Positions 9,656 to 18,732 of a stretch of 64,000 bases of DNA are shown one piece after another. Location of the stretch: assembly GCA_963834265.1 (NCBI GenBank), contig CAWIAU010000001.1, positions 263,572-327,571 of the forward strand, given 5' to 3'. Made by a program: the position numbers and the translations under genes. The number at the start of each line of letters is the position of its first letter. The first letter of the stretch is position 1. Below the pieces are notes generated by a model, which saw only the letters and a program-made list of their open reading frames with translations, was not told the origin of the DNA and made no database searches. The stretch comes from an uncultured bacterium. GTDB taxonomy: Bacteria > Patescibacteriota > Saccharimonadia > Saccharimonadales > 2-12-FULL-41-12.

Positions 9656-11040
9656 TTTGGAAAGACAGGCCAGAGACGGTGATAGCCCGGTATATTAAGT
9701 TTCAGCAACCTTATAATTTGTTTTGTCGAGTAAGTCGGGGCACGAGAAACCTTGACCGAATCCGGGACGACCACGTCCCAAGGCTAAATATATCTTACGA
9801 TCGATAGTGTACAAGTACCGTGAGGGAAAGGTTAAAAGAACCCCGTGAGGGGAGTGAAATAGATCCTGAAATTATGTGCGTACAAGGACTCGGAGCGGCT
9901 TTAGGGCTGTGACGGGGTGCTTTTTGTAGAACGATCCAACGAGTTACTGATATGTGCAAGCGTAAGTTATCTGACGGACGCGTAGTGAAAGCGAGCCTGA
10001 ATAGGGCGTGGAGATTTATCTCTTTAGTACATGTTAGTAGACCCGAAACCAAGTGACCTATCCATGGGCAGGTTGAAGCGTCGGTAAAACGACGTGGAGG
10101 ACCGAACCGTAGGGTGTTGCAAAACCCCCGGATGACCTGTGGATAGAGGTGAAATGCCAATCGAACTTGGAGATAGCTGGTTCTCCTCGAAATAGCTTTA
10201 GGGCTAGCGTTATGTTGTAGCAAGTGGGGGTAGAGCTCTGTTTCGGAATGGGGCCCGCAAGGGTACCCACCCTTGACAAACTACGAATACCATTTGTGTA
10301 ATCATGGCAGTTAGAACGTCGGTGCTAAGATCGGCGCTCGAAAGGGAAACAGCCCAGACCATCAGCTAAGGTCCCTAAATATACACTCAGTGGGAAACGA
10401 GGTGAGATTTCTTAAACAATGAGGATGTTGGCTTAGAAGCAGCCATTCATTTAAAGAGTGCGTAACAGCTCACTCATCAAGAGATCTTGCGCGGAAAATG
10501 TAACGGGGCTCAAGTGTATTACCGAAGCTATGGGTTCATATTTATATGAGCGGTAGAGGAGCGTTCCTCTCTGCGTTGAAGTGGAACTGTGAGGTTCTGT
10601 GGAGCGTGAGGAAGTGAGAATGTTGGAATGAGTAACCATAAGGCAGGTGAGAATCCTGCCCACCGAAAGAGCGAGGTTTCCTGGGCCACGATAATCGTCC
10701 CAGGGTTAGCCGGGCCTAAGCCGAGGCGCGTAGCGTAGGCGATGGACAACGGGTTAATATTCCCGTGCCGGCTGTGAATTGTTTGAAGTGCGCGGCATGT
10801 TAGCAAGAGCGGGTTCATGGTTATATCCGTCTAAACAGCGTAACAACTGTGAATGAAACGGTCTTTACTGATCGAATTCTTGTGAGGGTGCTGACCAGAA
10901 AAGCTTTCAAACGCGTGTTCACGGTTGACCGTACCGCAAACCGACACAGGTGCTCAGGTCGAGAAGACCAAGGTGTACGAGTGATTCTTCGTTAAGGAAC
11001 TCGGCAATACAGCGACCGTAACTTCGGGATAAGGTCTGCC

Positions 11041-11301
11041 CCGTCACAGTGTTTATCACTGCGGCTTGAGAATGTAGCGCCAGTTTTCTTTTCAGAAAAC
11101 AACAGAAGCGATGATGAGTTTTTAACTTCTCTAAAGTCGCCCTGTATAAACGAGTAAAAAAGATTCTGTCTGATACTTCAATTCCTTCGCCGGAAGCTTC
11201 GGCTTTGGCATGGAAGCGATAGTGTCCGATAGAATTTCATTGAGATTGAGAAGAAAGCTGACCTCTATAAGCACATACTTTGGTAAGTACTGTGACGGGG
11301 C
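11041..11301 (+). other. 23S helix-63-region expansion / possible intervening sequence (~260 nt)
   Basis: Closed by an 11-bp stem CCGTCACAGTG (11042-11052) / TACTGTGACGG (11289-11299). It replaces a helix of about 45 nt between GGGAtAAGG.. and ..AACTGTTTAccAAAAACACAG. Confidence 0.6.
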
Positions 11302-12181
11302 CGCAGCTAAGGAACCCATGGAACTGTTTACCAAAAACACAGGTCTCTGCTAACACGAAAGTGGATGTATAGGGGCTGACTCCTGCCCGGTGCCGGAAGG
11401 TTAAGGGGAGCGCTTTACGGTGCGAACTGAAGCCCCGGTGAACGGCGGCGGTAACTATAACCGTCCTAAGGTAGCGAAATTCCTTGTCAGGTAAGTTCTG
11501 ACCTGCACGAATGGAGTAATCATATGGGTACTGTCTCAACGAAGAGCTCGGTGAAAGTGCATTGACGGTAAAGATGCCGTCTGTCCGCAGCAGGACGAAA
11601 AGACCCTGTGCAGCTTTACTACAGCTTGACATTGAATCGAGCTGCAACATGTGTAGTATAGTTGGGAGACTTTGAAGCCCGGACGCTAGTCCGGGTGGAG
11701 TCGTTAGTGAAATACCAACCTTGTTGTAGTTTTATTCTTACCGAACCCTTTATGGGTAAATAAGATATTTATTTTGTTTATCTATACAGGGTTCGGAACC
11801 GTGTCTGGTGGGTAGTTTAACTGGGGCGGTTGCCTCCTAAAGAGTAGCGGAGGCGTTCAAAGGTTGGCTAGTTACGGATGGAAATCGTAATGATAGTGCA
11901 TACGCATAAGCCAGCTTGACTGTGAGGCCTACAAGCCAAGCAGGGACGAAAGTCGGAGTAAGTGATCCGCTGTCCTTACATTTATGTAAATGAACGTGGG
12001 ATCGACAGCGCAAACGGATAAAAGTTACGCCAGGGATAACAGGCTTATAGCGCCCAATAGTTCACATAGACGGCGCTGTTTGGCACCTCGATGTCGGCTC
12101 ATCTCATCCTGGAGGGGGAGCACCTTCCAAGGGTCCGGCTGTTCGCCGGTTAAAGAGGTACGTGAGCTGGGTTCAGAACGT

Positions 12182-12595
12182 AAATTACATTGCGTTCTAC
12201 TCTCGAGAGGGAGTAATGTGCTGATTAACATCGAATCATTAGCACTAAAACTAACTAAAATCGGTGAAACCCTATCTGGATTCGAACGTTCTAGAGGGCG
12301 ATACCGAGGGTAAGCGCCAGTGTAATGCTGGTTTGATCCCGTAGAGACTGATCTGGAAAACTTGCCTAGTAAGCATGTGGAACAGTGAGAATGATTGCTT
12401 TTGCAAGATTTCATACGTTAGCCCCTTAACTATTACAACTTAGGTTAAGGGTGAAGATATAGTCCACGCCAATAGTAATATTGGATAAAGCTCGCTCTTT
12501 GTCTTAATAGGGAAAAGGAGCAGCCCGACAAAATGTATTCCATTTTGCCGGCGCGATGAGGAAAAACCGCAGGTTGTTCCTCATGAGTGTACGTG
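12182..12595 (+). mobile_element. group I intron (414 nt, no ORF) inserted after 23S U2593 (E. coli numbering)
   Basis: The exon junction restores GGGTTCAGAACGT|CGTGAGACAGTTCGG. The 5' exon ends in U and the intron ends in G (12595). The internal guide GCGTTCT (12192-12198) pairs with exon AGAACGT, including a U-G pair. An S-element AAGATATAGTCC-like core (GAAGATATAGTCC ~12453-12466) and a P7 partner AGAGACTGA are present. Confidence 0.85.
12509..12595 (+). repeat. structured motif copy B (3' terminal domain of the group I intron)
   Basis: AGGGAAAAGGAGCAGC-[26-nt hairpin]-GCGCGATGAGGAAAAACCGCAGGTTGTTCCTCATGAGTGTACG. Confidence 0.7.
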
Positions 12596-13050
12596 CGTGA
12601 GACAGTTCGGTTTATATCCGCTGTGGACGTCAGGAAATTTGAGAGGATTTGCCCCTAGTACGAGAGGACCGGGGTGAACGCACCGCTGGTGTACCAATTG
12701 TCATACCAATGGCATCGTTGGGTAGCTATGTGCGGAACAGATAAGCGCTGAAAGCATATTAAGCGCGAAACTGACCTCAAGATTAGATTTCCCTATGAGG
12801 GCCCTGATAGACGATCAGGTTGATAGGTACACGGTGTACGCATAGCAATATGTTTAGCCTAAGTATACTAATAGCCCCACAGATTTTTTGTGAACCATGA
12901 GACCAATTTACTTCGGTGAGTTGATCTCATGGGAATGTATTTGGCTAGTTATTTGTAGTAACTAATAAACAACGTCCGTTTATATTAACTTTTGTCAGTC
13001 ATATCGACACCACATGGACACCGAGTGAGTGAGACTTACGCCTCCCTCCC

Positions 13051-13162
13051 TCGGTGCCCATGGCGCGAGGGAAACACCTGTTCCCATCCCGAACACAGCA
13101 GTTAAGCCTCGCAGCGGTTACAATACTTGGGTTTTAACCCTGGGAAAATAGCACGGTGCCGA
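13051..13162 (+). rRNA. rrf: 5S ribosomal RNA
   Basis: Helix I TCGGTGCC/GGTGCCGA. Conserved CCCATCCCGAACACAGCAGTTAAGCC (loop B/helix III region). 112 nt. Confidence 0.9.
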
Positions 13163-13173
13163 TTTATATAGAA

Positions 13174-13198
13174 GGAGACCTGAAAAGGTCTCTTTTTA
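13174..13198 (+). terminator. rho-independent terminator after 5S
   Basis: GGAGACC (13174-13180), loop TGAAAA, GGTCTCT (13187-13193, last position unpaired), then T5. Confidence 0.75.
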
Positions 13199-13361
13199 TA
13201 TAAATACGCGTCTTTGTGCTCACGCCAACGGCGGGACCTGCACGGCTTGTCCACCCCCAAATTCTGAAGCGAGAAGAGAGGAAATACCTCTATTTCGAGT
13301 ATCAAGGTTTTGGTGCTGGGTGCCGAATTTTGCGCTAAAGCCACCTGAGAGGGTGGCTTTT

Positions 13362-13443
13362 CGCTTTAATGAGAGAACCGGGATAGGTTCTCTCATCGCG
13401 CGGCGTGTGCGGATGAACCGCCCACTCCGGCTGCTCTTTCCTG
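13362..13443 (-). repeat. structured motif copy C (inverted, 200 nt downstream of 5S)
   Basis: The minus strand reads CAGGAAAGAGCAGC-[28-nt hairpin]-GCGCGATGAGAGAACCTATCCCGGTTCTCTCATTAAAGCG. Confidence 0.7.
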
Positions 13444-13506
13444 ACAGCGGAACCAAAAAGAGGGAAGTAAATTCCCACTTTTTGTAATTTATATTTTGAA
13501 ATCACC

Positions 13507-13815
13507 TTAAGTGCGGGGAGAAGGATTCTCTCTGTCGTGGAGTATTCTACTTCCTTCATCCACAAAATGGTCGAGTCTTGCTAATAAATCACGTCCTTCT
13601 CCAGTGGCTGTGCAATCAGGCAAATGAGTTTGATTCTCCAAAGCTCCCCCTACTACTCTAGATGGAACACCGCTTGTATTTCCTCGATCGTCTTCAGTTC
13701 TATACGCTTGAATAGCTAGACCACCCATATCACCGTTCGTGTTTTCAGGTAGAATGTCTGACTCTATTAAATCGCGTCTGATTTCTTCATCACCCAAAAG
13801 TCTTTTTCTAAACAT
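13507..13815 (-). CDS. hypothetical protein (102 aa)
   Basis: ATG at 13815 (MFRKRLLGDEEIRRDL..). The longer 128-aa ORF adds an implausible Phe/Cys/Tyr-rich N-terminus. Divergent from the Fic gene. No family recognised. Confidence 0.4.
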   Translation of the reverse strand: MFRKRLLGDEEIRRDLIESDILPENTNGDMGGLAIQAYRTEDDRGNTSGVPSRVVGGALENQTHLPDCTATGEGRDLLARLDHFVDEGSRILHDRENPSPRT

Positions 13816-14063
13816 AGTTACATAATAGCAGAAATAATTTTTGATTTGTTCTCCCAAGAAGCGGAAGCAAAAAATAGTGAAATAAATTCCCAATATCCTG
13901 CGATTTATAATGTTAAGAGATTATTCCGTAATTTAGCAAGAGTGTAATAAGTTTGTCACTTATTCTAGAATTAGGGTTGATTTTAGAATAAAGGCGTTTA
14001 TAATTCTATTTGAATAGACCAACCCCAAGGCTTATTCCACACGAAACTATCAATATTAGAATT

Positions 14064-15158
14064 ATGAAAAAACCACCATTTACACCGCCTCTATTACCAA
14101 TAGCTTTAGATATTTCTTCATCAATACCTTTAATAACGAGTGCTCGAGACGCAGTAGCACGTTATGATGAAGCCGTTAACAGATTGCCAAATCCTATAAT
14201 AATACGCCGTACTCTTGAAACAAAAGAAGCAGTTCTTAGCTCAAGAATCGAAGGAACACAAGCAACTTTTGAGGAAGTTTTAGAGTTCGATGCGGAGCAA
14301 ATAGAAACAGAAGAAAATGAGAAACAGCGAGATTATCGAGAAATATTTAATTATAGACAAGTTATTGATAGGGGGAGAGACATACTAAAAACTCGTCCAC
14401 TTGATGAAAATGTTTTCAAAGAGTTACACAAAGGGTTGTTAAATTCAGTTAGGGGAAAAAATAAGAACCCAGGAGAATTTCGAACACATCAGGTACATAT
14501 CGGTCCGCCAGGAGCAACAGTAGAAGAAGCTGCTTACGTACCTCCTCTACACACGGAAATACCTAACTTAATATCAAACCTTGCGAAATATATGAATAAT
14601 GATGACCAGCCAGATCGCTTAGTACAGGCCGCAATTATGCACTATCAATTTGAAGCTATACATCCGTTTGCAGATGGCAATGGGCGCGTTGGGAGAATAC
14701 TAATTCCTTTATACCTGTATGAAAAAAAAATTACAGCTCATCCAAATTTATACGTTTCTGAATTTTTGGAAAGGCACAGAAGGGATTACTACGAAAAGCT
14801 GAACGGCGTAAGCGAACGAGACGAATGGATAGAATGGATACAATTCTTCTTACGGGCTGTTCGCGAACAAGCTACTATTTCAAAGGCTCGTGTCGATAAT
14901 GTTGAAAAACTCTATAAATCTCTTCATGAACGACTACCAGAATTTAACTCAATTTATGCCTCATCATTTCTAGAGGCTTTATTTAGTCAGCCGACTTTTA
15001 CGCCACTTACCCTTGGTAAAATAGCGAAAATTCAAAATAATCAGACGACCTATAATCTAGTACAAAAATTTGTAAAAGCAGGATTAATTTCAGAGTTAAC
15101 ACCTGAACGAGAAAGGAATAAATTGTATTTCTTTGACCCATTATTTGAGATTTTATAG
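14064..15158 (+). CDS. Fic family protein (class II, with intramolecular inhibitory helix)
   Basis: HPFADGNGRVGRIL matches the Fic motif HxFx(D/E)GNGRxxR. The N-terminal SSRIEGT matches (S/T)xxxE(G/N). The C-terminal part resembles a winged helix. ATG 14064 (MKKPPFTPPLLP) is preferred over TTG 14010. Confidence 0.9.
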   Translation: MKKPPFTPPLLPIALDISSSIPLITSARDAVARYDEAVNRLPNPIIIRRTLETKEAVLSSRIEGTQATFEEVLEFDAEQIETEENEKQRDYREIFNYRQVIDRGRDILKTRPLDENVFKELHKGLLNSVRGKNKNPGEFRTHQVHIGPPGATVEEAAYVPPLHTEIPNLISNLAKYMNNDDQPDRLVQAAIMHYQFEAIHPFADGNGRVGRILIPLYLYEKKITAHPNLYVSEFLERHRRDYYEKLNGVSERDEWIEWIQFFLRAVREQATISKARVDNVEKLYKSLHERLPEFNSIYASSFLEALFSQPTFTPLTLGKIAKIQNNQTTYNLVQKFVKAGLISELTPERERNKLYFFDPLFEIL

Positions 15159-15292
15159 ACCTTGTTAGTGGGATGTAGAATGAGGGTGTGACGAAAATAG
15201 AGGAGAAATATCAGATTACAGTTTTTGGTTTGCGAGGGGAGGTTGCTATTGTTGAAGGTAGGGTGTATTAATTTAGGTGGAGGATTATTAAC

Positions 15293-15496
15293 ATGGCTAA
15301 AGATGATAAAAAAATTAGGATGGATCATAAGGGGCCGCCGCCGGCTTTTGGGTTCTATGTTTTAACTTATATTGGGGCGGCTGTTCACTTCGTTGGCAAT
15401 GTGGATGGGCTTTGGAATATCATAGTGGCACTAGCCAAAGCTGCTGTCTGGCCGGCATTTCTCATCAATAGAATCTTCGAACTCCTAAGAATCTAG
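15293..15496 (+). CDS. small membrane protein (67 aa, 2 predicted TM)
   Basis: RBS GGTGGAGGA lies 9 nt upstream of the ATG. Two hydrophobic segments are FGFYVLTYIGAAVHFVG and IIVALAKAAVWPAFLI. Confidence 0.5.
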   Translation: MAKDDKKIRMDHKGPPPAFGFYVLTYIGAAVHFVGNVDGLWNIIVALAKAAVWPAFLINRIFELLRI

Positions 15497-15949
15497 GTTT
15501 AATTCTTCTTCACTAGGTTTTTGGAACATTTTTGACCATTTCTCTAAGTCTTCTCTCTTGATTTGAAGAGTACCGGATCGGGATTCTGCACGGTTGGATA
15601 TTCTTTCCCAAAGTTCGTCCAAGCTTGCTTCTACGAATACTACTTTTGTAGCGACTCCTAGCTTTCCGGCTTCTTGTCTGTAGTGATCTCGCTCTGCTTT
15701 AGACCAAAACCCGAAGTCCAGGATTGCACTCTTGCCAGTTCTCAGCGCCTCTTTTGCCTGATTCCACAGAAGTTCTTCGGTGGGATAGCGAAATTTATCG
15801 CTTTGCTCGCGGTCTAGATTATTGCCATGATGTGCAAGTATCCACTCATCCGGAGTGAATCGAATAGCAGACTGATTTCGTTCTAGTTCTTTTGCTTCGG
15901 TAGTTTTACCCGAACCGGGCAATCCAACCATCAAATATAATGTTGTCAT
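15485..15949 (-). CDS. P-loop ATPase/kinase (AAA_33-like)
   Basis: Walker A GLPGSGKTT sits at the N-terminus. At 154 aa it is typical of small standalone nucleotide or zeta-like kinases. Confidence 0.8.
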   Translation of the reverse strand: MTTLYLMVGLPGSGKTTEAKELERNQSAIRFTPDEWILAHHGNNLDREQSDKFRYPTEELLWNQAKEALRTGKSAILDFGFWSKAERDHYRQEAGKLGVATKVVFVEASLDELWERISNRAESRSGTLQIKREDLEKWSKMFQKPSEEELNLDS

Positions 15950-15984
15950 ATCAAAATTATACCTTTCGGGTGTAAAATAACTTT

Positions 15985-16380
15985 ATGATAAAAATGAATA
16001 GTGTTTCGGGGATACTTTGTTTTGTCAGTGATTTGGAGCAAACGGTCGGGTTTTATAAGAAACTTGGCTTTCTTTTCAATGAGCGTACTTCTGCGGATTC
16101 CGCTACAGCGCGGCTAAATTGGTTTTGGATAGAATTCGTAGCCAAGGATAAAGCCGAACAAAGCGTATTCCAGAAAGAAAACGACATAGACAAGAGCCAG
16201 CTTAACGGTGCAGGAATGTTCGTGCATATAAGTGTGCAAAATGTAGATGAATTTCATGAAGCCTCGATGGCAAAAGGGCTCAAGCCATCATGTGAACCAA
16301 AGGACTTTCCGTGGGGCAGACGCGAATTCATAATCCGTGACCCCGACGGCTACAAATTAGTTTTCTTTAGCGAAGTGTAG
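15985..16380 (+). CDS. VOC (glyoxalase/bleomycin-resistance) family protein
   Basis: ..FYKKLGFLF.. and ..REFIIRDPDGYKLVFF are paired beta-alpha-beta-beta-beta module signatures. TGTAAAAT -10 lies 6 nt upstream of the ATG. Confidence 0.8.
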   Translation: MIKMNSVSGILCFVSDLEQTVGFYKKLGFLFNERTSADSATARLNWFWIEFVAKDKAEQSVFQKENDIDKSQLNGAGMFVHISVQNVDEFHEASMAKGLKPSCEPKDFPWGRREFIIRDPDGYKLVFFSEV

Positions 16381-16457
16381 ATTGACAGTGGACAAGACAT
16401 CTGTCAGTTGACATCACGCTCAATAAGTTATACAATGATATCAAATAGGAGCTGTTT

Positions 16458-16670
16458 ATGGATGACCGATTTGAAAGCTTGCCCAATGGACCGCTTACAC
16501 GAGAGGAGTTCGATAGTTTGAGCCTCTCTTATTACGATGCGTCGCGCTCTATTGCCCAGAGAGTTGCAGAGAGTCGGGGTGTCAACCCGGGAGATGCTAT
16601 GAGAGTCAGAATTGGTGAAATGCTGACAGATCAGGAATCGGGTGATCCTGTTCCACAGCAAGCAGAATAA
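16458..16670 (+). CDS. hypothetical protein (70 aa)
   Basis: RBS AGGAG lies 7 nt upstream of the ATG. Acidic and not recognisable. The antisense ORF 16428-16661 is judged spurious. Confidence 0.45.
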   Translation: MDDRFESLPNGPLTREEFDSLSLSYYDASRSIAQRVAESRGVNPGDAMRVRIGEMLTDQESGDPVPQQAE

Positions 16671-16719
16671 AATCCGAGGGGTTCACTTTTTTTGCATAAG
16701 CATGTACAATCGTGGGTGA

Positions 16720-17022
16720 ATGGAACAAAACAAAAACTTTTTCGGATATATTTTTGGTGACAAAAAATTAGACCTATCATTTGAAAAGCTGATGATTATT
16801 GCTGCTTTTGCTTATCCTGTCACCGGTATTCCGCAACTATTACAAGTCTTACAGGGAAATATAGCAGGCGTGTCCATAGCTTCATGGGCGGGTTTTGCAT
16901 TCTTTGTGGCATTATTTCTCGTGTACAGTATAAAAAAGCGTGTTAAACCCATGATTATCACCTACAGTATATGGCTGGCGATCGATTTGATGGTTGTATG
17001 GGGCGTTTTACTAAAGAGCTAG
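16720..17022 (+). CDS. PQ-loop / SemiSWEET-like 3-TM transporter
   Basis: 100 aa with three hydrophobic helices and a PQ motif (TGIPQLLQV) in TM1. Confidence 0.6.
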   Translation: MEQNKNFFGYIFGDKKLDLSFEKLMIIAAFAYPVTGIPQLLQVLQGNIAGVSIASWAGFAFFVALFLVYSIKKRVKPMIITYSIWLAIDLMVVWGVLLKS

Positions 17023-17247
17023 TTATTTCTTTTTGGGGTCAGGGACCCAGCCTTTTTGTTTGAATATTACCCAGACGGCCATAGAATGGCCATGGCCTAA
17101 TCCGAATTCTTCTTTTAGCCACACAGCCAGATCAGAGAACTTCATATCGTAGCTATATATGCCGGCCATTTCTGCAATCTGCTTCAGTTCCTCCGGTGTT
17201 TTACCGGTTTTAGCTTTGATAGTACTCAGATAAGCTTGAAATGTCAT
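17023..17247 (-). CDS. DUF4287 domain protein
   Basis: MTFQAYLSTIKAKTGKTPEEL..WLKEEFGLGHGHSMAV matches the remembered DUF4287 pattern. Its start overlaps the upstream gene stop by 4 nt. Confidence 0.7.
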   Translation of the reverse strand: MTFQAYLSTIKAKTGKTPEELKQIAEMAGIYSYDMKFSDLAVWLKEEFGLGHGHSMAVWVIFKQKGWVPDPKKK

Positions 17248-17612
17248 TTTTTCTCCCTCTGTTTACGTTTTACGCAGGCTTTTGTAATCCGACTTATTAA
17301 CCCGAGCGGAAGAGGCTTGTCGTGAGGGAACTGTACCGTACCTTTGGATGTTTTGTAGCCTGACAGTTCCTTCTCAAATTCCCTGATTGGTACCGATCCG
17401 GGGTAGAAACCTATATGGCCTTTGTAGCCGGCAAAATGCACCAGATTGCCGTTCAAATAAAATGTCGGTATGCCATAACTTATTTTCTCTGTAGCTTCCG
17501 CAGGTACAATTTCCCTGATAGTTTTTCTTATAATCTCCAGTCTCTTTCTTGTATCTCCCGGGAAATCAGCCAGATATTCATCTATTGTTTTATAATTTTC
17601 CATATTACTCAT
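17244..17612 (-). CDS. DUF1801 (YdhG-like) domain protein
   Basis: ATG at 17612 (MSNMENYKTIDEYLADFPGDTRKRLEIIRKTIREIVPAEATEKISYGIPTFYLNG..). The 212-aa ORF's extra N-terminus would overlap gpsA on the opposite strand. Confidence 0.75.
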   Translation of the reverse strand: MSNMENYKTIDEYLADFPGDTRKRLEIIRKTIREIVPAEATEKISYGIPTFYLNGNLVHFAGYKGHIGFYPGSVPIREFEKELSGYKTSKGTVQFPHDKPLPLGLISRITKACVKRKQREKK

Positions 17613-17658
17613 GAATTTGATTATACGCCCCAACGCCGGGGTAGAATAGAGGAGAGAT

Positions 17659-18534
17659 ATGAATATCGGGATTATAGGTGAGGGGAAATTCGGCCAGGCA
17701 ATCGGGTCGTTGCTGGAATACAATGATGTAGTCTTTGAATATGCCGATAAGGGCAAGCTACTTACTCGTTCGGCTAATCTGATATTTCTCATGGTACCAA
17801 CGCAGTTTATCCGGATATCAATCAATGATAATGCCGATTTTATCACTCCTGAAACTGTCATTGTTAACGGAGCGAAAGGCATTGAAGCGAAGACAAATCT
17901 ATTGCCCCGGCAAATTGTAAAAAGTCTTGGAGAGTTTCCATATTACTACAGCTTGATCGGACCGTCATTTGCCCATGGAATCAAGGCGAAGCACCCGACA
18001 ATTGTATCTCTGGGATATAATCAGCCGGAACATATCGGTATGATCAAAAAATTTTTACAGACGCCCTATTTCCGGGTTCACGAAACTCCTGGCTATAACG
18101 CCCTGGAACTGGCGAGCGCTATGAAGAACTTGTATGCAATTCTCTGCGGATATGCCCATGGCCTGAATTACGGCATGAATACTCAGGCGCTACTAATCTC
18201 TCTTGCAGTCCAGGAGTTCACGCAGTTATCTGATGCTATGGGGTTCAATCGCTACGATGTCATGGCGCCAGGGGTTATCGGTGATCTGGTTTTGACTTGT
18301 TCTTCCCGGCAGAGCCGCAACTTTACGTTTGGGTTATACCTGGCGAAAGTAGATGAAAGAACAGCTTTAGAAAAAATCGGTGATACTGTCGAGGGATATT
18401 ATACGAGTCAATCAGTCAGAACTCTGGCCCGGGAAAACAATGTTGACCTGCCCCTGGCCCGACTTACTCACAAACTTATAAGGCGAAATGACAAAGGACT
18501 TGCAGAGTTCTCATCGTTTATTAAATCTTTATAA
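17659..18534 (+). CDS. gpsA: NAD(P)H-dependent glycerol-3-phosphate dehydrogenase-like
   Basis: N-terminal Rossmann motif IGIIGEGKFG. Further motifs: GAKGIE, GPSFAHGI, NALELASAMKNLYAILCGYAHGL and GDLVLTCSSRQSRNFTFG. Confidence 0.85.
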   Translation: MNIGIIGEGKFGQAIGSLLEYNDVVFEYADKGKLLTRSANLIFLMVPTQFIRISINDNADFITPETVIVNGAKGIEAKTNLLPRQIVKSLGEFPYYYSLIGPSFAHGIKAKHPTIVSLGYNQPEHIGMIKKFLQTPYFRVHETPGYNALELASAMKNLYAILCGYAHGLNYGMNTQALLISLAVQEFTQLSDAMGFNRYDVMAPGVIGDLVLTCSSRQSRNFTFGLYLAKVDERTALEKIGDTVEGYYTSQSVRTLARENNVDLPLARLTHKLIRRNDKGLAEFSSFIKSL

Positions 18535-18732
18535 AAATACGATTTTTGCTGTGGATAAGCCATATTTTAAGCCAGACACAATACCACGTCAGGAATTGCA
18601 TAAATATATACAAATTTTAGCAATATAACAGACTAGAGTAGTAATTAGTGTTGTGCAAAAGTCTATGATTAATTTTATTCACTGTAAAAATCAACAGAGG
18701 CGGAATAGATACAAAAATGTATTCATTTTGGC

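Larger units (their letters stand above)
9167..12888 (+). rRNA. rrl: 23S ribosomal RNA (~3.72 kb including a 414-nt intron and expansion segments)
   Basis: 5' end GTTAATTAAGCGCACAAAATGGATGCC..GAAGGACGT..CCGAATGGGGAAACC. Conserved blocks include GGATAACAGGC, GACGGAAAGACC-like and GTACGAGAGGACCGG. 3' end ..GCGCTGAAAGCAT..GTATACTAATAGCC. Ends are approximate to about +/-5 nt. Confidence 0.95.

Noticed and set aside
11990-12414. ORFs overlapping the group I intron (107 aa plus strand; 129 aa minus strand) as a possible homing endonuclease
   Set aside because: The plus-strand ORF starts in the conserved exon and covers only the first 132 nt of the intron. The minus-strand ORF is antisense. Neither shows LAGLIDADG, GIY-YIG, HNH or His-Cys box motifs.
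13507-13815. A TATGEG match to the (S/T)xxxE(G/N) Fic-inhibitory motif in the small ORF divergent from Fic, suggesting a class I antitoxin
   Set aside because: The Fic protein carries its own N-terminal SSRIEG motif in the canonical class II position. A 6-residue degenerate motif is expected by chance. A divergent orientation is atypical for Fic antitoxins.
17613-17882. The 90-codon N-terminal extension of the DUF1801 ORF (212-aa version); similar long-start versions at 7372, 14010, 43665, 55036, 60494 and 61120
   Set aside because: The extensions use TTG/GTG or distant ATG starts. They overlap neighbouring genes, promoters or structured RNA, and they add residues absent from the known family cores. 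Internal ATGs with an RBS or -10 context fit better.
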